From contig JAUCBJ010004437.1 in assembly GCA_032718475.1 (NCBI GenBank), forward strand, positions 22,939 to 86,938: DNA of 64,000 nt, read 5' to 3'. This stretch comes from Nemertoderma westbladi (taxonomy: Eukaryota; Animalia; Xenacoelomorpha). Under the pieces are notes generated by a model. That model did no database searches. It was not told the DNA's origin and worked only from the letters and a program-made list of their open reading frames with translations. The position numbers and the translations under genes are program-made. Positions within the stretch are counted from its first letter, which is position 1. The number at the start of each line of letters is the position of its first letter. Of this stretch, positions 62,387 to 64,000 are shown piece by piece.

Positions 62387-63553
62387 CGGAGCCCCTAAAG
62401 GGACATGGGTTTCCCCCTTTTTTTTCTAAGTCCGGCCCGGAGATACTATCTCAGGCCCGGAGATACTAAGTCCGGCCCGGAGATACTATCTCAGGCCCGG
62501 AGATACTAAGTCCGGCCCGGAGATACTATCTCAGGCCCGGAGATACTAAGTCCGGCCCGGAGATACTAAGTCTCAGGCCCGGAGATACTAAGTCCGGCCC
62601 GGAGATACTATCTCAGGCCCGGAGATAAAATACAGAACAGGTTCATAGATGTTATAGCGCTGACACAGCAATCAACAGAAACAAATTGCAGCCAATCAGC
62701 TAACTGGGTTAATTCCAGATCAATGGCTGTTCTACAAGTACAGACATCTTGACGGGAACATGGAAATTAAGTTTCACATTTCAATTTGAGAGATATTTAA
62801 TATGGAGACACAAGAGTATTGTTAGCACAGCACAATACAAAGTAATTACATATCTGGAGGGAGGCATGACCCCGTGCCTTTGAATAAAAGCCGACCTACC
62901 AACGGGCATTTACTTAATGATAATACCCTTCTACGGCTACATAAATGAACTACCAATAATAAGAACATTCCATATTATTTGGAGGCAATGGCTGAATAGC
63001 CGCGTAAAGTTAAACTGCAACAGAGGTGTATGTAAACCGAAACAAATAGGCCACGGTCACTCACAAAGGCCTGAATGAGATGATATGAGTATGACAAGCA
63101 GCTTTGAAGTATTGGCTACCCCATAAACTATAGTAACTGTATGAGATGGCAGAGTATCTCCGGGCCTGAGATAGTATCTCCGGGCCGGACTTAGTATCTC
63201 CGGGCCTGAGATAGTATCTCCGGGCCGGACTTAGTATCTCCGGGCCTGAGATAGTATCTCCGGGCCGGACTTAGTATCTCCGGGCCTGAGATAGTATCTC
63301 CGGGCCGGACTTAGTATCTCCGGGCCTGAGATAGTATCTCCGGGCCGGACTTAGTATCTCCGGGCCTGAGATAGTATCTCCGGGCCTGAGATAGTATCTC
63401 CGGGCCGGACTTAGTATCTCCGGGCCGGACTTAGTATCTCCGGGCCTGAGATAGTATCTCCGGGCCGGACTTAGTATCTCCGGGCCTGAGATAGTATCTC
63501 CGGGCCGGACTTAGAAAAAAAAGGGGGAAACCCATGTCCCTTTAGGGGCTCCG
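62387..63553. mobile_element. Non-autonomous DNA transposon with TA TSD and subterminal 20-bp tandem arrays
   Basis: TIR CGGAGCCCCTAAAGGGACATGGGTTTCCCCC; 10 left and 18 right inverted copies of GGCCCGGAGATA units. Confidence 0.93.
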
Positions 63554-63927
63554 TACATATTTGTTAGTACTAGAAACTAGACAAATTTTTATCGGTACAT
63601 ACTATTGATGCTTACAATTATTATTACTAGTATAATTTCAAGCATCACGTTTAAACATATATCGTGTTAATTTAACTTGTGCCAGTTATTCAGTTTTTAT
63701 TTTAAAGAACCAGTTCAACCGTTCTACAATGTTCATACTTTTATTGTGCCCTAGCACAAGAAAAGACCTGAGCCCTAGACCCTGAGCATTAAACTTTATT
63801 ATCGCAATATTTCCAATATGCGAACTGTATGTACAGTACGTAATTCAGTAATACATAATAAAATAATTTCTATAATATGTTTAGATGGCAATAATTATGA
63901 CGAGTCGTTAAAAACATGTTTGCTCTT

Positions 63928-64000
63928 TGTTCGCGCTTTCAGACCTTTGGCAGTTTAACCCGCCAAATTAGAATGTCTTCTAGATAATAAATCTGTTTTT
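63928..64000 (-). mobile_element. End of another LTR related to the outer element's LTR (runs off the window)
   Basis: TGTTCGCGCTTTCAGACCTTTGGCAGTTTAACCCGCCAAATTAGAATGTCTT aligns with 1866-1920. Confidence 0.85.

Overview
AT-rich, repeat-dense animal (invertebrate-type) genomic DNA; the species cannot be determined from the sequence. The first half is a three-level nest on the minus strand. A CR1-type LINE is split by a young BEL/Pao LTR retrotransposon (1866-32167, TSD TGTAG), whose gag is in turn interrupted by a second, very young BEL/Pao element (11563-25988, TSD TCGTC). Two features of these elements stand out. (1) Neither has a TGG-type tRNA primer-binding site. Instead, the bases right after each 5' LTR are complementary to a motif inside the element's own LTR (11 nt and 9 nt), the geometry of Tf1-type self-priming. 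(2) Each carries a non-Env accessory ORF between integrase and the 3' LTR. In the inner element it is a WRN/Mut-7-like DEDDy 3'-5' exonuclease plus three CCHC knuckles, preceded by a 21-unit hairpin array. In the outer element it is an unrecognised protein with a second diverged copy at about 51.8-54.3 kb. The second half holds a four-exon SRSF7/9G8-like splicing factor gene whose introns are packed with MITEs and contain a perfect 90-bp-arm palindrome and a candidate poison exon. It also holds two paralogous single-pass membrane protein genes with (GMGAP)n tails, a solo LTR, Academ-, RTE-, CR1- and CRE-like fragments, SINE heads and several MITEs. All calls are by eye, without database searches.
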